Source: Candidatus Pacearchaeota archaeon (GTDB lineage: Archaea; Nanobdellota; Nanobdellia; Pacearchaeales; GW2011-AR1). From it: a stretch of 64,000 nt of DNA. Shown piece after piece: positions 26,816 to 36,463 of the stretch (positions are counted from its first letter, which is position 1; the number at the start of each line of letters is the position of its first letter). Under the pieces are notes generated by a model, which ran no database searches, was not told the DNA's origin, and saw only the letters and a list, made by a program, of their open reading frames with translations. The position numbers and the translations under genes were made by a program. The stretch covers positions 325,386 to 389,385 of the forward strand of contig JBBACR010000001.1 of assembly GCA_041656875.1 (NCBI GenBank), written 5' to 3'.

Positions 26816-26990
26816 TAAACCCTGTGATAATTAGATTAGACGTACTTGTATTTCTATCCATTATTTGTTGTTTCAATTTTGAATACAATGGCATTGTTTC
26901 TGATTCAACGTAATGAATACCGTAGCCGGAAGCCGAACGTTCATCTTTTCGTCCTTCCATGTATATATAGTAAAAAATAAAATATCTCAT
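26772..26990 (-). CDS. hypothetical small protein
   Basis: ORF track 72 aa. Confidence 0.3.
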   Translation of the reverse strand: MRYFIFYYIYMEGRKDERSASGYGIHYVESETMPLYSKLKQQIMDRNTSTSNLIITGFNEFKSKEDYDNFQQ

Positions 26991-26993
26991 TAT

Positions 26994-27173
26994 TTATCTG
27001 TAAAGAATTGTTAATGTATAACATACTTCGAGGTAATGTGTCGATTCCTTTGTTGATTGTGATTGCGTCATTTGCAATACTTCGATACCTTGAGCTTCTT
27101 CAGATATCAACCAATTATTCATACCATTTTCAATATCGCTAGGATAATTTCCGCTGATTACTTTTACTTTCAT
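26994..27173 (-). CDS. hypothetical small protein (59 aa, below ORF-track cutoff)
   Basis: MKVKVISGNYPSDIENGMNNWLISEEAQGIEVLQ...; fills an otherwise empty 180 nt gap; ATG overlaps stop of upstream gene. Confidence 0.35.
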   Translation of the reverse strand: MKVKVISGNYPSDIENGMNNWLISEEAQGIEVLQMTQSQSTKESTHYLEVCYTLTILYR

Positions 27174-27174
27174 A

Positions 27175-28434
27175 TTACATTAAATATTTAATTCCGTTTA
27201 CTTCAATAAAATATCTGAACCAAGATTCATTACGAATCTCCGATTCTTTCATTGTTTTTTCTTCACTTCTGTAAGAATATCTGTCAGGTTTTTCTATATT
27301 GATAACTATTTTGTTATTCTTTTCATCTAATGTATACTTTCCAGTTACATAAGTACTTACCTTTTCTATATCAGATTGTACCCAACTGTACGAATTTCTG
27401 TATGGCTCATTAAGATATCCGTTGCCGACAAATTTAAATGTTCCACGACTTTTAGATATCATTGGATATAATGATGTTGAATATCCACGTGAGCATTTCG
27501 ATTTCCATTTTACAATTTCTTCGTCAATGTTAACAGCTTCTTCAAAAACACTTGATACTTTAATTTTGTTCAATGACAACAAATAATTAGCATTCGATTG
27601 TCGCATGTTAATTTTATTTGGTGCATAATTTGGCGGTTCATTTTTTAAAACTTTCAAATCATAACTTTGTTTTGCAAGATTATATGTATCGACAAATTCC
27701 TCAATAGAAATAACAGATTTTCCAGATGGCTTCTTTGTTATTACTTGTAATGATGTGAAGAATTCATAATCGCCATTTGAATCCATTAGCACATGTAAAC
27801 GTTCGTCTTTTATTGTGTAATGAGCAGAAGATCTGTACGCACTGAATGAATGACTTGCAGAAATACCCCAGCATTTGCCAATGTATGTGTATATTTTTTC
27901 ATTCTTCATTTCGATTTCATCACCATTCAACAAATCCGTAGGTTTTATTGTAATTGCATTTTTCTTTCTTGTTGATTCTGTGGCAGACTCATATAATGCA
28001 GAATTTGTTGCAAGTAAAGCAAGATCTTTACCTTCCCATGCCCATACACAAGTGCCAACAAGTTTTCCTTCAATGATTGTTGAATTGCAAACCAATGCAA
28101 CTAAATTTGCTGCTGTGATTTCAAGGTCAAATCCATAAGGATCTGATATTCTGAACATTGTTCGTCCAGAAGAAAACCATTCGGAACTTCTTTTATCAAA
28201 TTCACTAAAGTAAAAACCTTCACGTGGAATATTGTCGAGAACCTGTGGCGCAATATTTTTATCTCGCCATCCTTCCCAAGATGTCTCTTTACGTAATTTG
28301 CCTTTGTCTCTAAAAGTTGCATATCCAAGTAAATATGATGGGCCATCAAAGTATTCTCCATCTACACCTCTAATATGCTTATGCTGTCTTTTATTGAAAC
28401 CTACTTCAATTTTTTCAGGAATTATCAATGCCAT
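27175..28434 (-). CDS. hypothetical protein (419 aa)
   Basis: ORF track; no motif recognised. Confidence 0.5.
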   Translation of the reverse strand: MALIIPEKIEVGFNKRQHKHIRGVDGEYFDGPSYLLGYATFRDKGKLRKETSWEGWRDKNIAPQVLDNIPREGFYFSEFDKRSSEWFSSGRTMFRISDPYGFDLEITAANLVALVCNSTIIEGKLVGTCVWAWEGKDLALLATNSALYESATESTRKKNAITIKPTDLLNGDEIEMKNEKIYTYIGKCWGISASHSFSAYRSSAHYTIKDERLHVLMDSNGDYEFFTSLQVITKKPSGKSVISIEEFVDTYNLAKQSYDLKVLKNEPPNYAPNKINMRQSNANYLLSLNKIKVSSVFEEAVNIDEEIVKWKSKCSRGYSTSLYPMISKSRGTFKFVGNGYLNEPYRNSYSWVQSDIEKVSTYVTGKYTLDEKNNKIVINIEKPDRYSYRSEEKTMKESEIRNESWFRYFIEVNGIKYLM

Positions 28435-28441
28435 AATTTAT

Positions 28442-28852
28442 TTAATTTTTAGTTAGTAAATATTTTAATTTTTCAATTTCTTGAAGTTTTTCTTCAATTT
28501 GTTTGTTGATTTCAGCATTTCTTTTTTTGTCTGCCAATTGTTGTGCTGTCATTTTTGCTTCTGCTTCCTCTTCTTGTATTTTATCTGCAAGTGTTTTTGC
28601 ATTTATTACAATAGGATCATTTAAAGGAAAAATACAAACTTCATAATCACTAATTGTTTTTTTAGGATCTGCTTTTCCACTATACGGACGATAGCTTCCT
28701 GCTTCTCTTATAAAATTTTTCAAAGCATCAATAGCACCTTTGGATGTTGCCCATGATGCTTTAGGTTGACAACCAGGATTAATAAATTTTGTATCACCAA
28801 CTAATCGAATGCGATACATGAATTTTTCTTTCGGCTTTTTAATTTTTGACAT
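28442..28852 (-). CDS. hypothetical protein with coiled-coil C-terminus; paralogous to C-terminal third of 28869..29969
   Basis: KFMYRIRLVGDTKF...DYEVCIFPLNDPI vs KYLYRIRMKGDTKY...DYEICMLPVNDPI. Confidence 0.45.
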   Translation of the reverse strand: MSKIKKPKEKFMYRIRLVGDTKFINPGCQPKASWATSKGAIDALKNFIREAGSYRPYSGKADPKKTISDYEVCIFPLNDPIVINAKTLADKIQEEEAEAKMTAQQLADKKRNAEINKQIEEKLQEIEKLKYLLTKN

Positions 28853-28868
28853 GACAATAAGATTTTAA

Positions 28869-29969
28869 TTACTTAACGTTAATGTATTGAGTTTTAAGCA
28901 ATTCGATTTCTGCAATTTTTTCATCAATTGCTTTTTGTAAATCTGCTTTTTTCTTTTTAATTTCGCGTTGTTTTGCGGATAATGCCTTTTCTTTTTCTTT
29001 TTCAATACGTAATCTTACAAAAACATCAGCAGAAACTGTAATAGGATCATTTACAGGCAGCATACAGATTTCGTAATCTGCTAATGTTTGATTTCCATGC
29101 ATATGACTTTTAATAGCGTCAATTGCACTTGAAGCACGTTGCCATGTTGATTTCGATTTATACCCAGGTGATAAGTATTTTGTGTCACCTTTCATTCGAA
29201 TTCTGTATAAATATTTTGGTTCAGCAGGTTTTTTGCTTTTTGCAACTGCTGCAGTTACCGCATTATTACTTTTTTTGCATGAATCCTCATTATTTTCTTT
29301 CATTGCATCAATGATTGATGTAATGCCATTCTTTTTCGATTTTAATGGAAATTCAGTATTTGATAATTGAGCTTTGATATCTTCATACTCAGCTTTTTGC
29401 TCAACTATTGTTGGCACTCTTGTTAATCCCATATAAGCATGTATTGTTCTGTCTTGTCCTGCAATTGTGCGAGAAGAAGGTGTAAATGTTCCTGGTTTTA
29501 TTAAAGCGTCAGGATCTGTAACAACTGTTGACCTTGTAACTGGTGTAGATGCTTTATCATTAATTGAAAGTTCACCTGACTTTTCATTATAATCAACATC
29601 AATTTTTGAAATTGCACCTGTACGTATTGCAGCAGCAAATGTTACATCTTTAATGTCAAACCCATTGATTTCTAATGTTTTTCTAACTAAAGTAGTTTTA
29701 TCAAGAACGATTTTCTGTTTGTACTTCATGTCAGCAGGTTCATTAATAGCAAATGTTAATGAATATTCATTATCAGATACTGTAATAATAAAACCGTTCT
29801 TTACTCTAATTTTGTCAGTTCCATTGATAATGGCATTAGACAAATCGAGAATTGTTTCATGTTGCAAACGAGGTTGCATAATGTTTGCCATTTTAGGCAA
29901 TGAACCTAAAAGATTCATCCAGTCGAAGTTATCGACAAGTGCTTGTGCTAAATTGATTGGTGTTGTCAT
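28869..29969 (-). CDS. hypothetical protein (366 aa) sharing C-terminal domain with 28442..28852
   Basis: see paralogy above. Confidence 0.5.
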   Translation of the reverse strand: MTTPINLAQALVDNFDWMNLLGSLPKMANIMQPRLQHETILDLSNAIINGTDKIRVKNGFIITVSDNEYSLTFAINEPADMKYKQKIVLDKTTLVRKTLEINGFDIKDVTFAAAIRTGAISKIDVDYNEKSGELSINDKASTPVTRSTVVTDPDALIKPGTFTPSSRTIAGQDRTIHAYMGLTRVPTIVEQKAEYEDIKAQLSNTEFPLKSKKNGITSIIDAMKENNEDSCKKSNNAVTAAVAKSKKPAEPKYLYRIRMKGDTKYLSPGYKSKSTWQRASSAIDAIKSHMHGNQTLADYEICMLPVNDPITVSADVFVRLRIEKEKEKALSAKQREIKKKKADLQKAIDEKIAEIELLKTQYINVK

Positions 29970-29974
29970 ATTTC

Positions 29975-30211
29975 TTATAATTGTGATTTAAAAATGTCTA
30001 AATGTTTTGCGGTTGATATTGTGTATAAATGTTCGGTGAGTTCTGTACAATTATGATACTTTTCAAAATTACGTATCATTCGATTGCATGCGTTGATATG
30101 TCCTTGACGTGTGCAAGATTCAATAGTTTTGCAAATTTTTTCTACGCTATCTTCAATTATTATAGCTGTATATGGATTCCATGGAATCCATATTTCCGGT
30201 GTCTCGTTCAT
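29975..30211 (-). CDS. hypothetical small Cys/His-containing protein
   Basis: ORF track 78 aa. Confidence 0.35.
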   Translation of the reverse strand: MNETPEIWIPWNPYTAIIIEDSVEKICKTIESCTRQGHINACNRMIRNFEKYHNCTELTEHLYTISTAKHLDIFKSQL

Positions 30212-30642
30212 TATTTTGTTAATTTAGTTAGCATGTATTGTACTTCAGATTCTGTTAGTTTGATTACGTTCTTCAATTTTATTTTGCAGATTTCATCAAT
30301 TGATAACATGGAATACACTAATGAATTTTCATTGTCGGCAATCAATAATGCAACGGCAAATGCAGTTGTTGTATCATTAGCAACAGCAAGGTTTTCATTT
30401 AACGTTTTTACCGTTTGTCTGAAATTTGCATTTTCAATTGCAGCTTCAGATAATTCATTTTGTATTTCATTAATACTCCAAAGTTTATTTTCGATTTCCG
30501 TCCCGTTCAAAAAAGAAAAATCACTTCGAATATTACTTCGGAATCTTTCCAATTCTCCAGGAAATGCTTGTGCAAAATATGAATCAGAATTCATCAATTC
30601 TTCAATCAATTTAATTTCGGCGTTTTTCGATAATGTTCCCAT
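30211..30642 (-). CDS. hypothetical protein
   Basis: ORF track 143 aa. Confidence 0.45.
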   Translation of the reverse strand: MGTLSKNAEIKLIEELMNSDSYFAQAFPGELERFRSNIRSDFSFLNGTEIENKLWSINEIQNELSEAAIENANFRQTVKTLNENLAVANDTTTAFAVALLIADNENSLVYSMLSIDEICKIKLKNVIKLTESEVQYMLTKLTK

Positions 30643-30663
30643 ACAATAAAGTTTTAAGTTAAA

Positions 30664-30801
30664 TTAAGCAAAAATCCACATTGAAACAAAAAATAAACCA
30701 AAAAAACCAAGAATGATTACAAATCCTTTAATTGCTTCAGCTTTTTCATTTGTAGGATTTACAACAATTTCAGATAATTTAGTGTCAGTATAATTTTCCA
30801 T
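30664..30801 (-). CDS. small tail-anchored membrane protein (~45 aa), first gene after a class A promoter
   Basis: Below cutoff; MENYTDTKLSEIVVNPTNEKAEAIKGFVIILGFFGLFFVSMWIFA; ATG 14 nt downstream of promoter element. Confidence 0.35.
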   Translation of the reverse strand: MENYTDTKLSEIVVNPTNEKAEAIKGFVIILGFFGLFFVSMWIFA

Positions 30802-30815
30802 AGCGATTTGTTTTT

Positions 30816-30867
30816 ATCAATTAATTAAAATCAAATATACAACATTTATGAAGCAATAGCAATAGTT
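30816..30867 (-). promoter_or_regulatory. class A promoter element
   Basis: same consensus; followed by small membrane protein ORF. Confidence 0.55.
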
Positions 30868-32486
30868 TATGAAAATAATTTTACATAAGATGATAATGAA
30901 TCGTATGCATCTGTTAATTTGAATTCTTCAACTATTAATTTTCCATCGTATATTTTGCCGTTTATTGCATCAACTGAAATAAAATCGCCTTCTTTATAAA
31001 CTTTATTGTTAATTGTTAATGTTAATGTTTTCATATCAATTGTCATATTGCTACAGCCAACAACACAAGGTTTATTCATTTGTCTTGCAACAATTGCTGC
31101 GTGGCATGTCATACCACCTCTTGTTGTTATAACGCCATCTGATAATTTCATACCAATTAAATCAGCAGGTGATGTATCAATTCTAACTAAAATTGAGTTT
31201 TCTCCGGATTTATTAAATTTTTCAACACTTTCATTATTAAAAGCAATACGGCCAACCGCAATACCGCTTGATGCACTTAATCCTGTTGAAATATGAATAT
31301 CGTTTACTTTTAATCTTTTTGCATTAAGAAAATGCAATTGAGTTTTATCTATTCTATTCAATGCAGTATTAGGTGATATTAAACCTTCGCACGCCATATC
31401 ATATGCAATATTAACAGCGCCAAGTATATTACATTTTGCATTTCTTGTTTGTAAAATGTAAACAATTTCATTTTCTATCGTAAATTCGATATCTTGAACA
31501 TCGCCATAATGTTGCTCTAATTTATTAGCATAAGATATGAGTTTACTATATGCAATTGGCATTGATTCTTCTAATGAAATGTAGTTTTTATTTCGTTCAG
31601 TTTCATCTATAAAATTATCAGTTGCCCATTTTGCCGATTCATATTTCGATATTTTTTTAGGTGTAACAACACCTGATACGATATCTTCACCTTGTGCTTT
31701 TGTCAAATATTCTCCAGTTATCAGATTTTCACCTGTAATAGGATTTCGTGTAAATAATACACCCGTTCCTGAATTGTCATTTATATTTCCAAAGACCATT
31801 GATTGTACAACAACAGCAGTTCCTAATGAATCATCTATGCCGTATGATTTTCTGTAATAAACAGCAACATCATTATTGAAAGAATTGAATACTGCAGATA
31901 TTGAACGGAATAACTGCGTGTATACATCAATAGGAAATTCTTCACCGATTTCTTTGAAATACAACTTTTTATATTCTGCAATTGCTGTTTGCAATTCTTC
32001 TACTGTTGCGTTATTATTGCAAAAATCAAATAAATCTTCATCGATGCCAGACACATGAATTGCAAAAGTTTCGATGAATTTCAAATATAATCGTAATGGA
32101 AATATTGCATCTCCAGTTTCTTTAGCAATTACATTAACAATATCATCATTGATTCCAACATTTAAAATTGTTGTCATCATGCCAGGCATTGATTCAACAC
32201 CGCTTGAACGTATTGATAAAAGTAATGGATTAGAACTTCCGCCGAACAACTTGTTTGTTTCTGATTCTAATGTTTTTATATCATTAGTAATATGCTGTTT
32301 TAATTCAGATGTTATGTTTTTATCGTTTTTCCATTTTGCGTATGCATCAGTTGAAACAATAAAACCGTATGGCAATGAAACATTCAAACGATTCATTTCT
32401 AAAAGATTGAATCCTTTTCTACCTACTGCTGTTAATTCGGCAGTATCTGAAAAATTTGTTCTAAAAAAATACGATAGTTTATTCAT
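30867..32486 (-). CDS. PEP-utilising enzyme family protein: PpsA/PPDK N-terminal ATP-grasp plus phosphohistidine swivel domain, no PEP-binding TIM barrel (rifampin-phosphotransferase-like architecture)
   Basis: N-term VGRKGFNLLEMNRLNVSLPYGFIVSTDAY; C-term GGMTCHAAIVARQMNKPCVVG = PEP-utilisers phosphohistidine signature; start revised from TTG to ATG (MNKLSYFF). Confidence 0.6.
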   Translation of the reverse strand: MNKLSYFFRTNFSDTAELTAVGRKGFNLLEMNRLNVSLPYGFIVSTDAYAKWKNDKNITSELKQHITNDIKTLESETNKLFGGSSNPLLLSIRSSGVESMPGMMTTILNVGINDDIVNVIAKETGDAIFPLRLYLKFIETFAIHVSGIDEDLFDFCNNNATVEELQTAIAEYKKLYFKEIGEEFPIDVYTQLFRSISAVFNSFNNDVAVYYRKSYGIDDSLGTAVVVQSMVFGNINDNSGTGVLFTRNPITGENLITGEYLTKAQGEDIVSGVVTPKKISKYESAKWATDNFIDETERNKNYISLEESMPIAYSKLISYANKLEQHYGDVQDIEFTIENEIVYILQTRNAKCNILGAVNIAYDMACEGLISPNTALNRIDKTQLHFLNAKRLKVNDIHISTGLSASSGIAVGRIAFNNESVEKFNKSGENSILVRIDTSPADLIGMKLSDGVITTRGGMTCHAAIVARQMNKPCVVGCSNMTIDMKTLTLTINNKVYKEGDFISVDAINGKIYDGKLIVEEFKLTDAYDSLSSYVKLFS

Positions 32487-32489
32487 AAT

Positions 32490-32542
32490 CAATTTTTAAA
32501 ATCAAATATACAACATTTAGAAATCATTAGCAATGGTTTCAT
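32490..32542 (-). promoter_or_regulatory. class A promoter element
   Basis: ttttaaaatcaaatatacaacatttagaaatcattagcaatggtt. Confidence 0.5.
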
Positions 32543-32550
32543 CTAAAACT

Positions 32551-32979
32551 TTATAATAAAATTTGTAGCATTGTGATTCGTTTCTTTTCACAATTGTTTC
32601 TTTTTATAAATAACTTAAATTCTAAAACCTCACGACCTGGTGGAACGTTTACTCCTTTTTTATTGAAATGATATTTCAATTGTAAAAATTCAGGATATCC
32701 ACGTTTCATGTGTTCTGCATTGCAAATTGGAATATAAACACTTGAATGCATGTCGCCATCATGTAATGCTTTTAAACTATAACGTCTAATCAACGTGTCA
32801 GCCGCACCGTATAACAGTAATTTAAAAGTTAATTCATTAGGTTCCCATTCAGATGGCGATTGTGGCCATTGTTCGTCATGATAATCTGCTTGTTCACAAA
32901 TTGCAGACATGCACCGTTTCTCACAAAAATTTCCAATTGCTTTTGCAAATGATTTGATACTAATTTTTGGTTTTTTCAT
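32551..32979 (-). CDS. hypothetical protein
   Basis: ORF track 142 aa. Confidence 0.4.
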   Translation of the reverse strand: MKKPKISIKSFAKAIGNFCEKRCMSAICEQADYHDEQWPQSPSEWEPNELTFKLLLYGAADTLIRRYSLKALHDGDMHSSVYIPICNAEHMKRGYPEFLQLKYHFNKKGVNVPPGREVLEFKLFIKRNNCEKKRITMLQILL

Positions 32980-33694
32980 TTTCTTCTAAGTATTTGTTTG
33001 CTGCTTTACGAACTTGTTCTTTTGATTTAAACTCGCCAATTTGTGTTAAAATACCATCTTCGTGTGTTTTTTTGCCTTCATAATTAGCATGAAATAACAA
33101 AAATCGTGATTCTGTTACCGTGATAATAGGTATTTCAGATTTCCCTAAGCCAGTTCTATTTTTTTCTGTTTCTAAATAATATGATGCCCAAACCTTAGTT
33201 TTTATAATAAACGTTGGCCTACGCCAATCATCTTTTTTCAATTCGCCACAGCCGTTTTTTCTATATATCCATGATATTGTTGAATTTTCTAATTGTTCAA
33301 ACTTATCAGGCACATAATTTTCATGCAACTTTTGTCCTTTATCATATTGGTCATCCCAAGTAAACTTTAATTGCGATGCGGTTTTGGGCGTTATTTGCAA
33401 ATCGTACGGTTCGTACTCTATTCCATTAATATCTTTAGCAGTTACTTCTAAACATGATACCATTTTTTTGAACATACCGCCTCTTAAGTTAATCGACATT
33501 GTATCGCTTCCAAATTTGTATAATGAATTGAATTGCACAATAGTTCCTGCAGGAATTTTGTACGATTTATTTTTTGAATCGTATATATCAGCGTATGCTG
33601 CAAATTTAAAACGTGCGCCCCACGATGTATGTAATTCCCAATCATTTAAAAGAATTATGCATTCTTTACTTGCTGGCAACCAAAGTTTACTCAT
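32960..33694 (-). CDS. hypothetical protein
   Basis: ORF track 244 aa. Confidence 0.45.
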   Translation of the reverse strand: MSKLWLPASKECIILLNDWELHTSWGARFKFAAYADIYDSKNKSYKIPAGTIVQFNSLYKFGSDTMSINLRGGMFKKMVSCLEVTAKDINGIEYEPYDLQITPKTASQLKFTWDDQYDKGQKLHENYVPDKFEQLENSTISWIYRKNGCGELKKDDWRRPTFIIKTKVWASYYLETEKNRTGLGKSEIPIITVTESRFLLFHANYEGKKTHEDGILTQIGEFKSKEQVRKAANKYLEENEKTKN

Positions 33695-33917
33695 TAGTCT
33701 CCTCTTTTCGTTTTTTTCTGTATGTCTTCACAATCTGATTCCAAGCATCTTTATTTTCTTTTCGCCATTCACGATTATAATCGGCGACCTTTTCTTTGTT
33801 TTTATCTCGCCATTTTTTTTGATACTCTTTTAATTTCTCTGGATTGTTTTGTCGCCATTCCTTTTGAGCTTGACGTTGTCTTTCCTTTTGTTCTTCTTCA
33901 GTGAGTTTGCTTGACAT
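33687..33917 (-). CDS. highly basic Lys/Arg/Trp-rich small protein
   Basis: repeated WRxxN/K-rich segments; likely nucleic-acid binding. Confidence 0.35.
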   Translation of the reverse strand: MSSKLTEEEQKERQRQAQKEWRQNNPEKLKEYQKKWRDKNKEKVADYNREWRKENKDAWNQIVKTYRKKRKEETNE

Positions 33918-33925
33918 AATGTTAA

Positions 33926-34273
33926 TTATTTTAAAGTATCTTCAGAATTTTCATCTGAAGCTGTTGGTATAGGTTCAACGGATGAACCAAATAGTTTCAT
34001 TCTTTTTGTTGTTCTTTTATTCATTTCTTTACCAATGAAATTTGCATTTTTATGGAATTTTTTTATTCTTGCAGGTTCAGCAGTCTTTAAATCGAAATAT
34101 ATGCCTTCTTTATCTTCACGTTTATCAACTATTTGAAAGGAAACAACATTACCTTCTGCATCAATAATCATTGATAATGCTAGTCCTAATCTGTGAAAAA
34201 ATTGTCGGTTCGCTTCTTGAAGATATCCTTTATCTCTAAATTCTTCTCCAGACATTGTTTTCAAATCTTCCAT
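33926..34273 (-). CDS. hypothetical protein
   Basis: ORF track 115 aa. Confidence 0.4.
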   Translation of the reverse strand: MEDLKTMSGEEFRDKGYLQEANRQFFHRLGLALSMIIDAEGNVVSFQIVDKREDKEGIYFDLKTAEPARIKKFHKNANFIGKEMNKRTTKRMKLFGSSVEPIPTASDENSEDTLK

Positions 34274-34539
34274 TACTTTTCGTCAAATTTTGGAATAGTT
34301 GAAACAAATTTTATACCGTTCTTTTCATCTGTATTTTTCCAAATTGTCTTTTGAGCAGTCTCGCTGTATTTTTCAGACAATACTTTTACGTTATTGAAAC
34401 GTTTATATGTTGCAACATATTCGTCTGGATTTTCAATGTTATAAATCTTTTCGCCGTTTTCGTTTACAATAAACCAGCCTTTCATTATACATTTTTCTTT
34501 GTGTCCTGGTTTTAAAACAGGTTCCTTAGTTTCTTCCAT
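34273..34539 (-). CDS. hypothetical protein
   Basis: ORF track 88 aa. Confidence 0.4.
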   Translation of the reverse strand: MEETKEPVLKPGHKEKCIMKGWFIVNENGEKIYNIENPDEYVATYKRFNNVKVLSEKYSETAQKTIWKNTDEKNGIKFVSTIPKFDEK

Positions 34540-35042
34540 ATTGTTTCTTTTTTATTTTGTGAATTTTCGTTTTCGTATAAAGCTTTATGCCTATCAGGTA
34601 TTTCAAATGAACCGCATATTTTATCTTCAGATTTATTTGGTGTTGGACTAGTCAAATTATGTGTATTGTACCAAGGTCCTTGACATAATACAGAATTTTC
34701 AAGGTTTGTCTCCCATTCTTCTTTTGTTATTGTCATTTTAGCACCAGCAAACCCGGGTTCGCTTATAAGATAATCACCATACCGTATGTTTGGGTATTTT
34801 CTTGGACTAAAGTCAGGTTCGGTTTTTCCTCTACTTTTAAAATCATCAATACTTTGTTGATTTTGTTGATAAATTGGACTTACCGACACCTCAACATATT
34901 CATTGCATTTATTGCAATAAAATCCATTGTAATCTGTTTCTGCAGGTCTTTTTATTTTGTAAGATCCGCAATGATTGCAAACTACTGGGATCTTTTGTTT
35001 TGTTTCTTCATTAAAGAAGTAATCATAAACGTTTCCTGACAT
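34512..35042 (-). CDS. zinc-ribbon protein
   Basis: CNHCGS...CNKCNEY Cys4. Confidence 0.4.
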   Translation of the reverse strand: MSGNVYDYFFNEETKQKIPVVCNHCGSYKIKRPAETDYNGFYCNKCNEYVEVSVSPIYQQNQQSIDDFKSRGKTEPDFSPRKYPNIRYGDYLISEPGFAGAKMTITKEEWETNLENSVLCQGPWYNTHNLTSPTPNKSEDKICGSFEIPDRHKALYENENSQNKKETIWKKLRNLF

Positions 35043-35052
35043 ATCAAGTATT

Positions 35053-35415
35053 TTAATTTATTTCAACATATAATTCAGTATATAATTCATGTCCTTCTGA
35101 TTGTAAAATTTCCTTTTTTGCTTTATCAATTGCTTCTTTTTTAATGTCGTCATCAGCAATTAAAAACCAATCATTTAATTTTGCAATACGAACTAGCTCA
35201 TTATAGTATTCTTCATCAATTTTACCTTTTAATGGAATTTGTGGGCATAACGGACTGTCGAATGATAACTTTCTACCATCCCAATAAATCAAAAAGTAAT
35301 CATGTTCATCACCACCTATTCCAATCAATCTTGCAACATTGTGATATCCCGTAATTAAAAATTGACCTTTACGTTCATTGAATAACTCAAGTAATCTTTC
35401 TAAACTTTTATCCAT
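35053..35415 (-). CDS. hypothetical protein
   Basis: ORF track 120 aa; class B motif 3 nt upstream of ATG. Confidence 0.45.
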   Translation of the reverse strand: MDKSLERLLELFNERKGQFLITGYHNVARLIGIGGDEHDYFLIYWDGRKLSFDSPLCPQIPLKGKIDEEYYNELVRIAKLNDWFLIADDDIKKEAIDKAKKEILQSEGHELYTELYVEIN

Positions 35416-35418
35416 TTG

Positions 35419-35445
35419 ATTATTATTTTATTTTATATACACAAG
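35419..35445 (-). promoter_or_regulatory. class B motif
   Basis: gene-sense CTTGTGTATATAAAATAAAATAATAA-ATG. Confidence 0.45.
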
Positions 35446-35456
35446 CAATTAAAAGT

Positions 35457-36302
35457 TTACTTTTTCAGTTTATTCTCCAGCATCGGTATAATTACCAATT
35501 CAAATGTTTCCTTTTCTGTTATGTAGTTATCTTTGTTTACCTGACCAATGCTTCTACTTGAAATAGAGCATGTTGATTGTTTGAATACTGATTCAAGAAA
35601 CTTTGGATCGTCAAATTTGATTTCATTATTCTGATTTGCATAACCAACAATTTCATCTTTATATTTTACAGGAATTGTGTATAACTTCATTTTTGTAAGT
35701 CGTTCTTCACGTCTTAATAACGTGTCAGCCCATTTTACACTTGCATTAAAAGTATCAGAATCGTTTTCAGTATTTATCATGCACATTGCTGCTTTTCGAT
35801 ACTCATCATATGTTGATTGTTTTTCATTGATTTTTGCAAACTCGTCCTTTGTTTTCCCATCACGCAATTTGACGCGTTTTAATCTGGCTTTGAAATCATC
35901 GGTTGCATTTGTTCCCGCAACAACCGCAATTACTTTATCGTATTTTGATGAATTGCCCAAAGACAATGCTTGTGCACATTCAACTAATACGTAATCTGCA
36001 TGCTGATTATCGCACCACATATCAAATAATGTATTGATATATGGAATCATAAAATCTTCGATTATTTTTTTCTTTTCATGATTTTCATAGAATTCTGTTA
36101 CGAATTCTCGTTTCAATCGAAATTCTTCTGTGAAGCAATCCTCACCAAATACTTTTTTATACACTTCTTGCACTACAGGATTCTTTAATGCAATTCTGTT
36201 TTCATTATCAACAAAAAATACAGGAACGCCAAGTTCTTGGAATTTTTTAGCAACAGTAGTTTTACCTGCTCCAATATTTCCAGTAAGTAATACTTTTAAC
36301 AT
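35457..36302 (-). CDS. dephospho-CoA kinase (CoaE)-family P-loop kinase with ~80-aa C-terminal extension
   Basis: LLTGNIGAGKTTVAKKFQELGVPVFFVDNE; ADYVLVECAQAL; VIAVVAGTNATDDFKARLKRVKLRDGKTKDEF align with CoaE GLTGGIGSGKST / DADxIA / DRVLVV..RLxxRDG blocks. Confidence 0.55.
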   Translation of the reverse strand: MLKVLLTGNIGAGKTTVAKKFQELGVPVFFVDNENRIALKNPVVQEVYKKVFGEDCFTEEFRLKREFVTEFYENHEKKKIIEDFMIPYINTLFDMWCDNQHADYVLVECAQALSLGNSSKYDKVIAVVAGTNATDDFKARLKRVKLRDGKTKDEFAKINEKQSTYDEYRKAAMCMINTENDSDTFNASVKWADTLLRREERLTKMKLYTIPVKYKDEIVGYANQNNEIKFDDPKFLESVFKQSTCSISSRSIGQVNKDNYITEKETFELVIIPMLENKLKK

Positions 36303-36463
36303 TATTTTTTTTCTTTAAATTGTTTTTTATACGAATTCCATGTTTTCTTACAAGATGTTGTAAACATCGGTTTATCATTTAATCTATCTTCTTCAGATTT
36401 ATAAATGTAATAAGTTGTTTGTTCTAAAAAGACTGCTCCGTTGATTGATTCTGTTTTAATCAT
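36302..36463 (-). CDS. hypothetical small protein (~53 aa, below cutoff; coordinates approximate)
   Basis: MIKTESINGAVFLEQTTYYIYKSEEDRLND...; start/stop overlap neighbours (ATGATTAA, TAATG). Confidence 0.3.
   Translation of the reverse strand: MIKTESINGAVFLEQTTYYIYKSEEDRLNDKPMFTTSCKKTWNSYKKQFKEKK

Noticed and set aside
30029-30649. 206-aa plus-strand ORF (and many others in the track, e.g. 613..822, 8431..8700, 29653..29991, 40879..41283, 41090..41413, 52383..52682)
   Set aside because: They lie antisense within longer, motif-supported minus-strand genes, have low-complexity composition and lack start-proximal motifs. I treat them as shadow ORFs.
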